NCBI GenBank assembly: GCA_017436885.1 | Contig: JAFSCG010000077.1 | Location: forward strand, 1 to 36,337 | DNA from: Clostridia bacterium | Lineage (GTDB): Bacteria > Bacillota > Clostridia > Oscillospirales > CAG-272 | DNA length: 36,337 bases | Direction of reading: 5' to 3' | Shown: positions 1-9,326 of the stretch, piece by piece | How positions within the stretch are numbered: the stretch's first letter is position 1 | Layout: each line of letters opens with the position of its first letter | Notes under the pieces: generated by a model | Database searches by the model: none | What the model saw: the letters and a program-made list of their open reading frames with translations, nothing else | What the model was told of the DNA's origin: nothing | Made by a program: the position numbers and the translations under genes

Positions 1-1
1 A

Positions 2-2374
2 GCTTTCCGTGGTCCAAACCCATCCGTTTGCCTTTATGTGATTGATATAATCAAGGGTCTGCAGGCGGATGGCATCGTAATGCTCCGATATCGCGGAGGT
101 AATGCCGTTCACATGCCAATTCTCGTAATATCCGTTTATGAATATGGAGGACCATATCGGTATGCTGCTGCCTCCGCTGTACGCGGCGGGAGCCGTTTGC
201 GCAACAACGCCCTTTGCATTGGTGCTGTCCTCAAAATCCACGAGTATCTTCTGTATAACGCTTGAAAAATCGAAATTGAAGTTAAAGGAATCGAGGGAGA
301 AATTCACGTCGCCCGTCCAGCCGTTCTTCTCGTATACGGGTGTGTCGGTAAGCTTGCCCTGAAGATTGTTCATTACAGTGCGGAGCATCATCTCGTGCAT
401 GTAGTTGATGCGCTCGCTTCCCGTTTCAAACTCCGAGATATCGGTTATATCGTTTGCTATAAGATAGCACGCCACGTCCTCGGCGGTAAGCTTGCCCGGA
501 TAATTCTCTATCTGAATGTATTCGTAGCCCTTATAGGAATACTTCGGCTCGTAAACGTCTTTTCCGCCGCTTGTTATAAACTCGTCTATCTGCAGCAGAT
601 AACCGTTGACCGCCGTTTCCACAAAGCCGAGGGCATCAAGCTTTTCGCCGTAGGTGATCTTGATCCTCGTTCCCGCGGGGGCATTGAAGCTTATCCTCGC
701 CCAACCCGTTGTCATAACGGGATTCTTTATTACGTAAATGCCAGCGCCCTTATCTGTAACCGTGGGCACGAAGGTCTTAAGGCGGCGTACGGGCTCCATA
801 TTCTCAAAAACAAGCTCTCCCTCGGGTGCCTTGGCAAGCCTTGCGCTCTTCCATGCGCTATCGTCAAATTCGGCGCTTGTCCAGCCCTGTACCTCAAGCC
901 TTGCGTCATAGCCCTCGCCCATGTATACGTTATTGTAGATAACGGGACCGTACTCGTATCCCTTCCAGCTATCGTCCGTTGCAATTACTTCCTCACTTCC
1001 GTCGGAATACTTGACGTGCAGCTCCAACAGCAGCTTCGGCTCGTCGCGGTAAACGGCGGTATTCCAGTTCATCCAAGTGTAATAATCGCAATTATAGAAG
1101 TAGTTGCCAAGCTCCACGGCAATGGCGTTTTTGCCCGTACGCAGGGTGTTTGTTACGTCGTAAACGCGGTAATGCACCGTGTCCTCGTACTGGGTGTGTG
1201 CGGGATTGAGCACGCTGTCGTCGGGCAGCTTTCCGTTAACGTAAAGCTCGTAAAGACCGAGACCCGATACGTATATCCTTGCACTTTCTACCTGCTTGTC
1301 AATATCGAAGGACCTGCGTAGCATGGGCGCGGCACCGCCCACGTTTACCTGCATGGTCTTGGGCAGAACAACGTTTGAAGCCCACGCGCCGCTGCCGTAC
1401 GCTATTGCCTGATCGGGGGCAAGCCACGCGCTTTCGTTAACTCCGCCGATACGCTCCCAGCCCGACGTGGAGGTTACGGCCTTCGAGCATTTCCATCTCA
1501 TGTCCGTAACCACGGTGTCCACGGTGCCGTCGGTATAACGCACCTCTATCTTGGCAATAAAGCCCGCGCTTGAGCCCGTGTCTATGACCCTTGCGCCGAA
1601 AACGTTATCGCCCTTACTTACAAAGCGAGTGATATTTACGACCTTTGCGTTTTTCCACGCATTCGTTTCCTTATACACGTTCAGCACGCTTGAAGCGTTA
1701 ACGAAAAGGAAGCCGTAATCGTCCATGGTGGTAACGAGCAGGACCTCGTCCACCTCTTTGCTTTCGTCTACGGTAAAATGCCTTCTGAAATACGTAGTGG
1801 AGCCGCTTTCGCGCTTCAGCCATATCCATTTTGCACCGTCAAGGGTAATATCGCAGGGCACGGTATCGCCGTCGGTGATGCCTATCCACTTTGCGCTCCA
1901 TTCCTTATCGTCGAGGATGCCCGTTTCAAATTTCGAAACGTCGCTCCACGCGCTCTCGCCCTTCTCGTCCCATACCTGCACGGCAAAATAGTACTCCGTG
2001 CGGGAGGCAAGCGCATCTCCGCCGTAGACGATATCGTAATTGCAGCTTCCCTCTGTCTTGCCGCTGTCCCACACGTCGCCCTCGTGCTTTGTTGCCTTCT
2101 CCTCCGTGGAGGCAACAACGATACGGTACGCGCTTTGCGCCCTGCCGTAGCCATTCATTTCGTTTAACCAGCGGAAGGTAGGCACGGTGTCTATGCCCAT
2201 GGGCTCCGAAAGATTATTTACCTTAAGCTCTGTGATGTTCATATCTTTTTCCTCCGTATCTGTTGGGTCATCTGTGATCACGTCGGACGTGCTACCGTTC
2301 CCGTCCTGCGGTGTTCCGCAGCCCGCGACAAACAACATAAGCATTGCAAGGAAAAATGACAATATTTTTTTCAT
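2..2374 (-). CDS. Alpha-L-rhamnosidase (GH78) lipoprotein, 3' end beyond left edge of window
   Basis: Not in the ORF track because it has no stop in the window. Manual translation from ATG 2374 (GGAGG at 2380-2384): MKKILSFFLAMLMLFVAGC (lipobox), then ELKVNNLSEPMGID..F.W..QSAYRIVVAS..VWDSGK, APMLRRSF..ARIYVSGLGLYELYVNG, YMGEGYDAR, YSYKGYEYIQI, NNLQGKLTDTPVYEKNGWTGD (GH78 TDCP-RE-GWLGD-like motif). Lies directly downstream of rhaD. Confidence 0.9.
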   Translation of the reverse strand, partial: MKKILSFFLAMLMLFVAGCGTPQDGNGSTSDVITDDPTDTEEKDMNITELKVNNLSEPMGIDTVPTFRWLNEMNGYGRAQSAYRIVVASTEEKATKHEGDVWDSGKTEGSCNYDIVYGGDALASRTEYYFAVQVWDEKGESAWSDVSKFETGILDDKEWSAKWIGITDGDTVPCDITLDGAKWIWLKRESGSTTYFRRHFTVDESKEVDEVLLVTTMDDYGFLFVNASSVLNVYKETNAWKNAKVVNITRFVSKGDNVFGARVIDTGSSAGFIAKIEVRYTDGTVDTVVTDMRWKCSKAVTSTSGWERIGGVNESAWLAPDQAIAYGSGAWASNVVLPKTMQVNVGGAAPMLRRSFDIDKQVESARIYVSGLGLYELYVNGKLPDDSVLNPAHTQYEDTVHYRVYDVTNTLRTGKNAIAVELGNYFYNCDYYTWMNWNTAVYRDEPKLLLELHVKYSDGSEEVIATDDSWKGYEYGPVIYNNVYMGEGYDARLEVQGWTSAEFDDSAWKSARLAKAPEGELVFENMEPVRRLKTFVPTVTDKGAGIYVIKNPVMTTGWARISFNAPAGTRIKITYGEKLDALGFVETAVNGYLLQIDEFITSGGKDVYEPKYSYKGYEYIQIENYPGKLTAEDVACYLIANDITDISEFETGSERINYMHEMMLRTVMNNLQGKLTDTPVYEKNGWTGDVNFSLDSFNFNFDFSSVIQKILVDFEDSTNAKGVVAQTAPAAYSGGSSIPIWSSIFINGYYENWHVNGITSAISEHYDAIRLQTLDYINHIKANGWVWTTES

Positions 2375-2423
2375 AAGTACCTCCGACAAATTCCTTATCA
2401 TAGGTGGTCCAACGGATCAATGA

Positions 2424-3239
2424 TCATAAATTAAGAAAATCTTTCCTGTAATTTACGCCGAAATACTCAGCGAGCTCCACCATCTCGCTGTCCTTGATGG
2501 TGTTTATTCTGGGCAGATGGGCGGTAAGCATATATATCTGTGCCGCCTTTTCAACGGTCTCGATAAGACCGAAGGTCTCGTCCATATCCTTCCCTGCTCC
2601 ATAGATGCCGTGCATTCCCCAGATCACAAAGCGGAACTCCTCCATTTTTTTCGCAGTCGCCTCGCCTATTTCGTTGGTGCCGCAAAGCATCCACGGAAGC
2701 ACGCCAACACCGTCGGGAAAAACAACAATGCACTCGGTACACATCTCCCACAGGGTGTGGGTGAACTTTTTTTCGTCAAGCTCGTGAACGTAGTTCATTG
2801 CAAGGGTGTGGGTGGGGTGGGTGTGCATTACCACGCGGTTTTCCGGATCCACCGAAAGCCTTGCCATATGGCTCATAAGATGGGCGGGCAATTCCGATGT
2901 GGGTCTGCCGCCCTCGCGATATCCCCAAAGGAGCTCTGCCGTGATGCCGTCCTCGGCTATGCGGATAATTCCGAGATTTGCTTCCGGATCTTCCTGCACG
3001 TTCTTAAAATACTTTCCCGAGCCCGTAACGATAAAAATCTTTCCGATCAGCTTATCGGCGTTAAAGCCCGTATCAATAGTGCGGATGACCTTATCGAAAT
3101 CAAGATACTCCGCAACCTCATTTGCGTCAAGCATATAGCTGATATTGCCGCCATTTCTCTCGTCCCAGCCAAGGCGGTACATATTGGCAGTAACCTTTTT
3201 CATTTCCTCCACGAAGGGAGCGGTTAAAATATTCTTCAT
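2424..3239 (-). CDS. rhaD: Rhamnulose-1-phosphate aldolase
   Basis: GWDERNGGNIS, TGSGKYFKN, PTSELPAH, MHTHPT, WGMHG motifs. Start moved to ATG 3239, which overlaps the rhaA stop (ATGA). Confidence 0.95.
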   Translation of the reverse strand: MKNILTAPFVEEMKKVTANMYRLGWDERNGGNISYMLDANEVAEYLDFDKVIRTIDTGFNADKLIGKIFIVTGSGKYFKNVQEDPEANLGIIRIAEDGITAELLWGYREGGRPTSELPAHLMSHMARLSVDPENRVVMHTHPTHTLAMNYVHELDEKKFTHTLWEMCTECIVVFPDGVGVLPWMLCGTNEIGEATAKKMEEFRFVIWGMHGIYGAGKDMDETFGLIETVEKAAQIYMLTAHLPRINTIKDSEMVELAEYFGVNYRKDFLNL

Positions 3240-4465
3240 CTCTTGCTTAAAACCTCGTCCTCGTATTTCTTTACTGCCGAAAGGTAATCCGCTTCCACGT
3301 TTTCGCGGCGCAGGTATTCCTCCCACACAATGCCGAAGGGGGCGGTCTTAAGCTCCTCGCTTACCACCATAAGCTCCGTCATATCGCCGCTGTCCTGCAG
3401 CGCCTTCATTCTTTCGTTCGGAGAAAGCAGCGCGTAAAGCAACGCCTTCTGCACGCTGCGAACACCGGTAACGTATGCGCTTACGCGGTTTATGGACGCA
3501 TCGAAATAGTCCGTTGCAATGAAAACGCGATCAAGGGCGTCGTTACGCACTATCTCCTTCATTATCTCTTTTGTCTCGTCGTCAAGGATAACAACGTGGT
3601 CGCTGTCCCAACGCACCGCGCGGGTAACGTGGAGTGCGATCCTTTCATTGAACAGAAGAAGCGAGGAAATTTTATCCGAAACGACCTCGGTAGGATGATA
3701 GTGTCCGTTATCCATTAGGGGAGTTATTCCCTTGTAGTCGGAGTATGAAAGGCAAAATTCCGCAGAGCCTACGGTATAGCTTTCAAGCCCTATGCCGAAG
3801 ACCTTGGATTCCAGAGTAACGTATACTTTGGTCTTATCATATGGGATGGAAAGTATCTCGTCGAGAGCTTCCTTGAATCTTTTTCTCGGTCCAAGACGGT
3901 CAGCGGGAATATCCTTGTAGCCGTCGGGGATCCAAAAGTTGATAACGCAGGGCTCGCCCGTTTCGGTTGCGAAATATTCAGATATCCGCACGCATGCCTT
4001 GCCGTGATCTATCCAATACCTGCGCACTTCATCGTCGGGCGAGGAAAGGGTAAGTCCGTCCTTTACCATGGGGTGGGAAAAGAATGTGGGGTTAAAGTCG
4101 ATACCCATATTTCTTTGCTTTGCAAATTCCACCCATTTTGCAAAATGACAGGGCTCTATCTTATCTCTGCCAACGGGCTCGCCATCAAAGATGGCGTAGG
4201 ACGAATGTAGATTCAGCTTCTTTTTCCCCGGTATAAGAGAAAATGCCTTGTCAAGATCCGCCATCAGCTCCGCAGGCGTTGTGGCTCTGCCGGGGTAATT
4301 CCCTGTGGTCTGAATACCGCCGGAAAGACTTTCGCCGCAGTCGAAGCCTATAACGTCGTCTCCCTGCCAGCAATGGACGGAAACAGTAACGTTCTTAAGT
4401 GCCTCAATGGCTTTTTCGGTGTCTACACCGAGCTTTGCGTATGTTTGCTTTGCGTAATTATACAT
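3236..4465 (-). CDS. rhaA: L-rhamnose isomerase
   Basis: SVHCWQGDDV, GGIQTTGNYPG, DFNPTFFSHP, WIPDGYKD, ESKVFGIGLESYTVGS, GHYHPTE, VRWDSDHV, DYFDASINR. Confidence 0.97.
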   Translation of the reverse strand: MYNYAKQTYAKLGVDTEKAIEALKNVTVSVHCWQGDDVIGFDCGESLSGGIQTTGNYPGRATTPAELMADLDKAFSLIPGKKKLNLHSSYAIFDGEPVGRDKIEPCHFAKWVEFAKQRNMGIDFNPTFFSHPMVKDGLTLSSPDDEVRRYWIDHGKACVRISEYFATETGEPCVINFWIPDGYKDIPADRLGPRKRFKEALDEILSIPYDKTKVYVTLESKVFGIGLESYTVGSAEFCLSYSDYKGITPLMDNGHYHPTEVVSDKISSLLLFNERIALHVTRAVRWDSDHVVILDDETKEIMKEIVRNDALDRVFIATDYFDASINRVSAYVTGVRSVQKALLYALLSPNERMKALQDSGDMTELMVVSEELKTAPFGIVWEEYLRRENVEADYLSAVKKYEDEVLSKR

Positions 4466-5825
4466 ATTCCGCCTCCTTTATATCAAAGGATGATCTTATT
4501 TTCTCTCTGACCTCTGTAAGGGTAATTTTGTTATACCTCATTATCTGCGCGGCAATATTGCCCGTTGCAGTAGCTTCCTCCAGACCGACGATAACCCTTT
4601 TGCCCGTATACTTTGCAGTAAGGGTGTTAAGATACTTATCCTTGCTGCCGCCACCGACAATAAATATACTGTCAAGCTCCTTGGTCGTCAGCTTTTCCGC
4701 GCTTTCCGTGCATTTTGCGTACATCGACGCCAGCGAGTGGTAGATGCAGGAAAGTGTGTCTTCGACAGGCAGATCAGCATTGCCCGCAAGCGCATTTACC
4801 GCCTTTATCATATTTTCGGGGGCATTGAGGCTTGGGTGATTAACATCTATTATTTTTTTGCAGCTGCTATCCATGGCAAGGTGCATCATATCATCGTAGG
4901 AATATCTTTTCTCCAAGCTGCGTCGCACGTTCTGTAGCAGCCACATTCCCATAATGTTTTTAAGGAAGCGGAAGCGATACTCTACTCCGCCCTCGTTTGA
5001 AAAATTTGCTGCCATTGCCGCGTTGCTCGTTACGGGAAAAGTGTTTTCCGTGCCGAACAGACTCCAGGTACCCGAGGATATGTAGGCGCATTTACCGTCG
5101 ATGGGGCAGGCGGCAACTGCCGCGGCGGTATCGTGGGATGGAGCCGCAACAACGCACGCATTAAATCCGACCCGATCTGCTATCTCCGCGCTGAACGCTC
5201 CGATCTCCTCCCCCGGAAGGATAAGCGGGAGAAAGAGCGAAGGATCAACTCCTATGCATTCCGTTATCTCCTTATCCCACGTTTTCGTTTCCGCGTTCAC
5301 CATTGCGGTGGTGCTTGCTATGGTATATTCGTTTTTCATAACGCCCGTAAGCCTGTAAGCAAGATAATCGGGTATCATCAAAAAGTGCTTTGCCCTTTTC
5401 GCCTTGCCGCTCTTTGCGTCAAGGTAAAGCTGATACACCGTGTTGAATTTCAGGTACTGTATTCCCGTTTTTTCATAAAGCTCCTCGAAAGGGATGGGAA
5501 AATCGAGAACGTTGTCGAGCCTTGCGTTTCTGTATGCGTAAACGGGAAGCATTTCCTGTTTTTTTTCGTCGAGCAGAACGTAGTCAACGCCCCACGTGTC
5601 GATGGCTATAGAGGCAGGGATCTTGTCGATCTTCTTGCATTTTTCGATGCCGTTTACTACCTCCGAAAAAAGCGCATCCATATCCCATATAAGCCCATCG
5701 GGGCTGTTTTGCATGCCGTTTTCAAAACGGTAGATTTCCTCAAGCTTTATCTTGCCTTCTTCAATGCTTCCAAGAACATGCCTTCCCGAGGAAGCACCGA
5801 TATCTATTGCCAAAAAGTATGTCAT
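4458..5825 (-). CDS. rhaB: Rhamnulokinase (FGGY family)
   Basis: LAIDIGASSGR, IDTWGVDY, SHDTA, ISSGTWSL, NEGG, KNIMGMW, IVGGGS, EATATGN. First gene of rhaBAD. Confidence 0.95.
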   Translation of the reverse strand: MTYFLAIDIGASSGRHVLGSIEEGKIKLEEIYRFENGMQNSPDGLIWDMDALFSEVVNGIEKCKKIDKIPASIAIDTWGVDYVLLDEKKQEMLPVYAYRNARLDNVLDFPIPFEELYEKTGIQYLKFNTVYQLYLDAKSGKAKRAKHFLMIPDYLAYRLTGVMKNEYTIASTTAMVNAETKTWDKEITECIGVDPSLFLPLILPGEEIGAFSAEIADRVGFNACVVAAPSHDTAAAVAACPIDGKCAYISSGTWSLFGTENTFPVTSNAAMAANFSNEGGVEYRFRFLKNIMGMWLLQNVRRSLEKRYSYDDMMHLAMDSSCKKIIDVNHPSLNAPENMIKAVNALAGNADLPVEDTLSCIYHSLASMYAKCTESAEKLTTKELDSIFIVGGGSKDKYLNTLTAKYTGKRVIVGLEEATATGNIAAQIMRYNKITLTEVREKIRSSFDIKEAEYV

Positions 5826-5870
5826 GAACTACCTCAAAAAAATCATGCATCTCCAATTTGATACATCTTA

Positions 5871-5933
5871 ATGATAACACATCTCAAGAAAGAATCAAAC
5901 AACTTGATTTGTCTAAAAAAACGACCTGATTTG
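5871..5933 (-). promoter_or_regulatory. Putative rhaBAD promoter with upstream AraC-type direct repeats
   Basis: Minus strand TG-n-TATCAT (-10 at 5871-5876) with weak -35 TTTGAT (5894-5899). Direct repeat AC(T/C)TGATTTG at 5902-5911 and 5924-5933 (22-nt period) lies immediately upstream. Confidence 0.5.
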
Positions 5934-5936
5934 CAC

Positions 5937-5965
5937 TTGACGGCAATAGCTTTTTGGTATACAAT
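5937..5965 (+). promoter_or_regulatory. Sigma-A-like promoter of the AraC regulator
   Basis: TTGACG-N17-TACAAT, followed by SD AAGGAGGT before ATG 5987. Confidence 0.65.
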
Positions 5966-5986
5966 CTTACCTAAGGAGGTGGAAAA

Positions 5987-6961
5987 ATGAAAAACGAGAT
6001 CTTTGAAAGGCTCTCGGCCATAACCGCCGAAGAGCAGGAGATACTTGATGGTTCCCTCGTTATAGACCGTGCGCTGTATATGAAAAGCGAGAAAAACGTG
6101 ATAAACGCCCAAAAGCTTATCGACAGCGGCAAGCTTATCACCATTCGACCGCATACGAGGTTTATCCACTTTCCCGAGCACACCCACGACTATATTGAGA
6201 TAGTTTACATGTGCGAGGGTGTAACGACCCACATTATAAACGGAAATACGATAAAGCTCTCAAAGGGCGAAACGCTCATTCTCAACCAACACGCAACGCA
6301 GGAAATACTCCCCGCCGGAGCTGATGACATCGCAGTCAACTTCATCGTAATGCCTCAGTTTTTCAGCAAGGCACTCGAGATGATGGGCGAGGAGGAAACG
6401 CCGCTGCGACGCTTCATCATCGACTGTATTGCCGGAAGAGAGAGCACTAACGGTTATCTTCATTTCAAAACTGCAGAGATAGATCAAATACAGAATTTGT
6501 TTGAAAATCTTATCATTTCATTTACAGAAAAGACCCAAAACAAAAGAAGAACGGCCGAGCTGACCATGACCCTTATCCTGTTGGAGCTTATCAACCATAC
6601 CGACAAGCTCGATCCCGTAAATATTAAAAAAAGCATACTGATCGAAACCCTGAAATATATTGAGGAAAACTATCAAACGGCTTCTCTGTCGGAGATAGCA
6701 AACAGGCTCCACTATGATCTTTATTGGCTATCCCGCGAGATAAAAAGAAAGACGGGCAAGACCTTTACCGAGCTTCTGCAGGAGAAACGTCTTTTGCAGA
6801 CCGAATATCTGCTGGCAAATTCCAATATGAAGATATCGGACATTGCCTCAAGCGTCGGTTACAACAACACGAATTACTTTTTTACCATTTTTCAAAAGCA
6901 TTTCGGCGTGTCGCCGAAAAAATACAGAGATAAACTGAAAAGCAAGGCCTTGAACGGCTGA
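5987..6961 (+). CDS. AraC-family transcriptional regulator (cupin + HTH), probable rhamnose regulator
   Basis: FPEHTHDYIEIVYM cupin motif; C-terminal ISDIASSVGYNNTNYFFTIFQKHFGVSPKKYR; divergent from rhaBAD. Confidence 0.92.
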   Translation: MKNEIFERLSAITAEEQEILDGSLVIDRALYMKSEKNVINAQKLIDSGKLITIRPHTRFIHFPEHTHDYIEIVYMCEGVTTHIINGNTIKLSKGETLILNQHATQEILPAGADDIAVNFIVMPQFFSKALEMMGEEETPLRRFIIDCIAGRESTNGYLHFKTAEIDQIQNLFENLIISFTEKTQNKRRTAELTMTLILLELINHTDKLDPVNIKKSILIETLKYIEENYQTASLSEIANRLHYDLYWLSREIKRKTGKTFTELLQEKRLLQTEYLLANSNMKISDIASSVGYNNTNYFFTIFQKHFGVSPKKYRDKLKSKALNG

Positions 6962-6977
6962 TAAACGAGGTGTGAAA

Positions 6978-8624
6978 ATGAGCGTTATAACAAAGCAGAT
7001 ATCGAGTCTGGAAAAAATATACCCCGACCACACGGAGGACGTTAACGTCATTACGGAGACCACCGTCCTGCGCGGAGAGTGCTTTTCCTACCAGATAGCG
7101 GTCTTTCCCAAAAGCAACACGGAGCTTTCGGTAGAGGTGGTATCCCCTCTGAAGGAAAGCGTGAAGCTGTACTCTGTCAAAAACGCCGTGGCAGATTATC
7201 CCGTTTACGACACGGAGGACAGCGACTACATTACAAAAACGCCCTCTCTTATGCCCGACATACTGGTTCCGCTGGAGCAGGAAAAATGCTCCGCAAGATT
7301 TGCGAGCGGTGCGGGCGCGCTGTGGATAAGCGTTACCGTGCCCGAGGACGCTCCCGCGGGAAAGTGCCCCGTTACGGTGAAAATGACTGAGGCAAACGGA
7401 ACGCAGATCGAGGAGACCCTTTATCTCCACGTCATTGCCGCCACCGTTCCGAAGCAACGCACCCTGTTTACCCAATGGTTCCACGTGGATTGCATTGCCG
7501 ATATCCACAACGTGGAAATATACAGCGAGGAGCATTGGCGTTTGATAGACAAATATATGTCCCTTGCCTGCGAGCTGGGCATCAACATGCTGCTGACCCC
7601 CGTTATCACTCCGCCCCTTGACACTGCCGTGGGCACAAGACGACCCTGCACACAGCTGGTACGGATAGAAAAGCAAGGCGAAAAATACGTTTTTGATTTT
7701 TCCCTTCTCAAGCGGTGGATAGACCTTTGCCTGAAAAACGGGATCAAATATTTCGAGATCTCCCATCTCTTTTCCCAATGGGGACTTAAATGCGCTCCCA
7801 ACATAAAGATCACGGAAAACGGCGAGGAGCATTTTGCCTTTGGCTGGCACGTTGACGCAAGATCCGAGGAATACAAGGATTTTCTTGCTCAATTTTTGCC
7901 GACGCTCGTTGATTTTCTGGAAGCGCAGGGCGTAAAGGACCGCTGTTGGTTCCATATATCCGACGAGCCCTCCTCAAAGCATTTCGAGGCGTACGAATAT
8001 GCTCACGGCATAGTAGAACCCTTGATAAGAGGCTGCAGGACCTTGGATGCCATATCCGATTACGGCTTCTATGAAAAGGGACTGATTCCCAATCCCGTTA
8101 CCGCAATAAACAAAATGGAGCCGTTTATCCAAAACGACGCAAAAAACCGTTGGGCGTACTACTGTTGCTCCCAGTACAACAAGGTCAGCAACCGTTTTCT
8201 TGCCATGCCCGCATACAGGACAAGGATAATAGGTCTTCAGCTTTACAAATTCGATATTGTGGGCTTTTTGCATTGGGGATACAATTTCTATTACAACCAA
8301 TACTCCCGCAGGATGATAAATCCCTATATTACCACCTCCGCAGATAAGGCGTTCCCCTCGGGCGACCCGTTCTCCGTTTACCCCACGGCAGACGGAGCGA
8401 TCCCATCTCTCCGAGCCGTTGTATTCAAGGAGGCACTGATGGACGTGGAGATCTGCCGTATGCTTGAAGGCTATATCGGACGGGAGGCAGTTATCCGAAT
8501 GATCGACGATGCCGCAGGCATGGAGCTTACCTTCGCCGAATACCCGAGAAACAGCCAGTTCGTGCCTCAGCTGATTGAAAAAATGGTCAAGCTTATAGAG
8601 GACCACGCAGCTTGTGGGCTTTGA
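6978..8624 (+). CDS. DUF4091-domain protein (GH123-like putative glycoside hydrolase)
   Basis: FTQWFHVDCIA, FEISHLFSQWG, FHISDEP, WAYYCCSQ, NRFLAMP, GFLHWGYNFY, FPSGDPFSVYP, SLR. SD GAGGTG precedes ATG 6978. No signal peptide. Confidence 0.75.
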   Translation: MSVITKQISSLEKIYPDHTEDVNVITETTVLRGECFSYQIAVFPKSNTELSVEVVSPLKESVKLYSVKNAVADYPVYDTEDSDYITKTPSLMPDILVPLEQEKCSARFASGAGALWISVTVPEDAPAGKCPVTVKMTEANGTQIEETLYLHVIAATVPKQRTLFTQWFHVDCIADIHNVEIYSEEHWRLIDKYMSLACELGINMLLTPVITPPLDTAVGTRRPCTQLVRIEKQGEKYVFDFSLLKRWIDLCLKNGIKYFEISHLFSQWGLKCAPNIKITENGEEHFAFGWHVDARSEEYKDFLAQFLPTLVDFLEAQGVKDRCWFHISDEPSSKHFEAYEYAHGIVEPLIRGCRTLDAISDYGFYEKGLIPNPVTAINKMEPFIQNDAKNRWAYYCCSQYNKVSNRFLAMPAYRTRIIGLQLYKFDIVGFLHWGYNFYYNQYSRRMINPYITTSADKAFPSGDPFSVYPTADGAIPSLRAVVFKEALMDVEICRMLEGYIGREAVIRMIDDAAGMELTFAEYPRNSQFVPQLIEKMVKLIEDHAACGL

Positions 8625-8630
8625 TAACCG

Positions 8631-8790
8631 AATATGAGTCAAGACCACCAGTTGAACTGGTGGCTTGCAAAGCCCCTAGAAGGGGCTAATACGGACGTAG
8701 TCCCTAAAAGGGGCTCTGAAGTAGAACCGGGGGGTTATTTAGACTACCAACACGAACACCACCAAGGTTTTTCTTGGTGGTGTTTCTATC
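8631..8790. mobile_element. Non-autonomous palindrome-rich element, probable IS200/IS605-derived remnant (PATE/MITE-like)
   Basis: Four clustered hairpins: CCACCAGTT-G-AACTGGTGG (8645-8663, within GTCAAG..CTTG), AGCCCCT-AGA-AGGGGCT (8671-8687), AGTCCCT-AAA-AGGGGCT (8699-8715), AACACCACCAAG-N6-CTTGGTGGTGTT (8755-8784). No ORF. Resemblance to IS200/IS605 ends is from recall; the outer boundary may extend to ~8850. Confidence 0.55.
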
Positions 8791-8878
8791 GGCGGTAGCT
8801 TGCCAAGCCTTCCTCCGACGCTTTATATGCATGTTTTGAAATTCTACAAGTGCCCTATGTATTCCTTCTTCCCGCGTG

Positions 8879-8896
8879 GGTTAGCAACTGCTAACC
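8879..8896. promoter_or_regulatory. Perfect palindrome GGTTAGCA-AC-TGCTAACC (DtxR/MntR-type box) downstream of ybaN
   Basis: Nearly identical to the box at 13094-13110. No U-tract, so not a typical intrinsic terminator. Confidence 0.55.
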
Positions 8897-8903
8897 TATT
8901 TGC

Positions 8904-9326
8904 TTAAAATTGGCAATCGCTATTTTGCGATTGCCCGGTTTCTTCTTTTGGTATGTATTTCTTCACGCCGAAGATAAAGTACAGAATGTGGAACACCCAC
9001 ACACAAAACAGGATGTTACATGGAATGAAGATCGACCTTGCAAGCATCATACCAAAGCCAACCCCCATAAGAAGCGTAACGGTGATCATGATGCGAATCT
9101 TGGTTGCCCACGTCATGCCGCGCCCTGCAACGTAGCTTTCAAGATTTTTCTTATATAGCTTGGTGCCTATAAACCAAGTATGTAATTTCTCCGAGCTTTT
9201 GGCGAAGCTGACCGTCGCAAGAAGCAAAAACGGAAACGCGGGAAGCATGGGAACAACTGCGCCGACAGCACCAAGTCCTACGCCGATAAAGCCGAGTGTG
9301 AGCCACAATATCTTTTTAAATTTCAC
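8904..9326 (-). CDS. ybaN: YbaN/DUF454 family inner membrane protein
   Basis: LGFIGVGLGAVGAVVPMLPAFPFLLLA..FAKSSEKLHTW..GMTWATK signature. GTG start overlaps the stop of the upstream gene. Confidence 0.88.
   Translation of the reverse strand: MKFKKILWLTLGFIGVGLGAVGAVVPMLPAFPFLLLATVSFAKSSEKLHTWFIGTKLYKKNLESYVAGRGMTWATKIRIMITVTLLMGVGFGMMLARSIFIPCNILFCVWVFHILYFIFGVKKYIPKEETGQSQNSDCQF

Noticed and set aside
395-1321. 308-aa plus-strand ORF and other small ORFs in 1-2400
   Set aside because: Antisense to the GH78 gene, which the ORF track missed because it runs off the edge.
3240-3326. Upstream extension of rhaD
   Set aside because: Lies within rhaA; the ATGA-coupled start at 3239 is more plausible.
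6882-8648. 357-aa and 224-aa minus-strand ORFs
   Set aside because: Antisense shadows of the DUF4091 gene.
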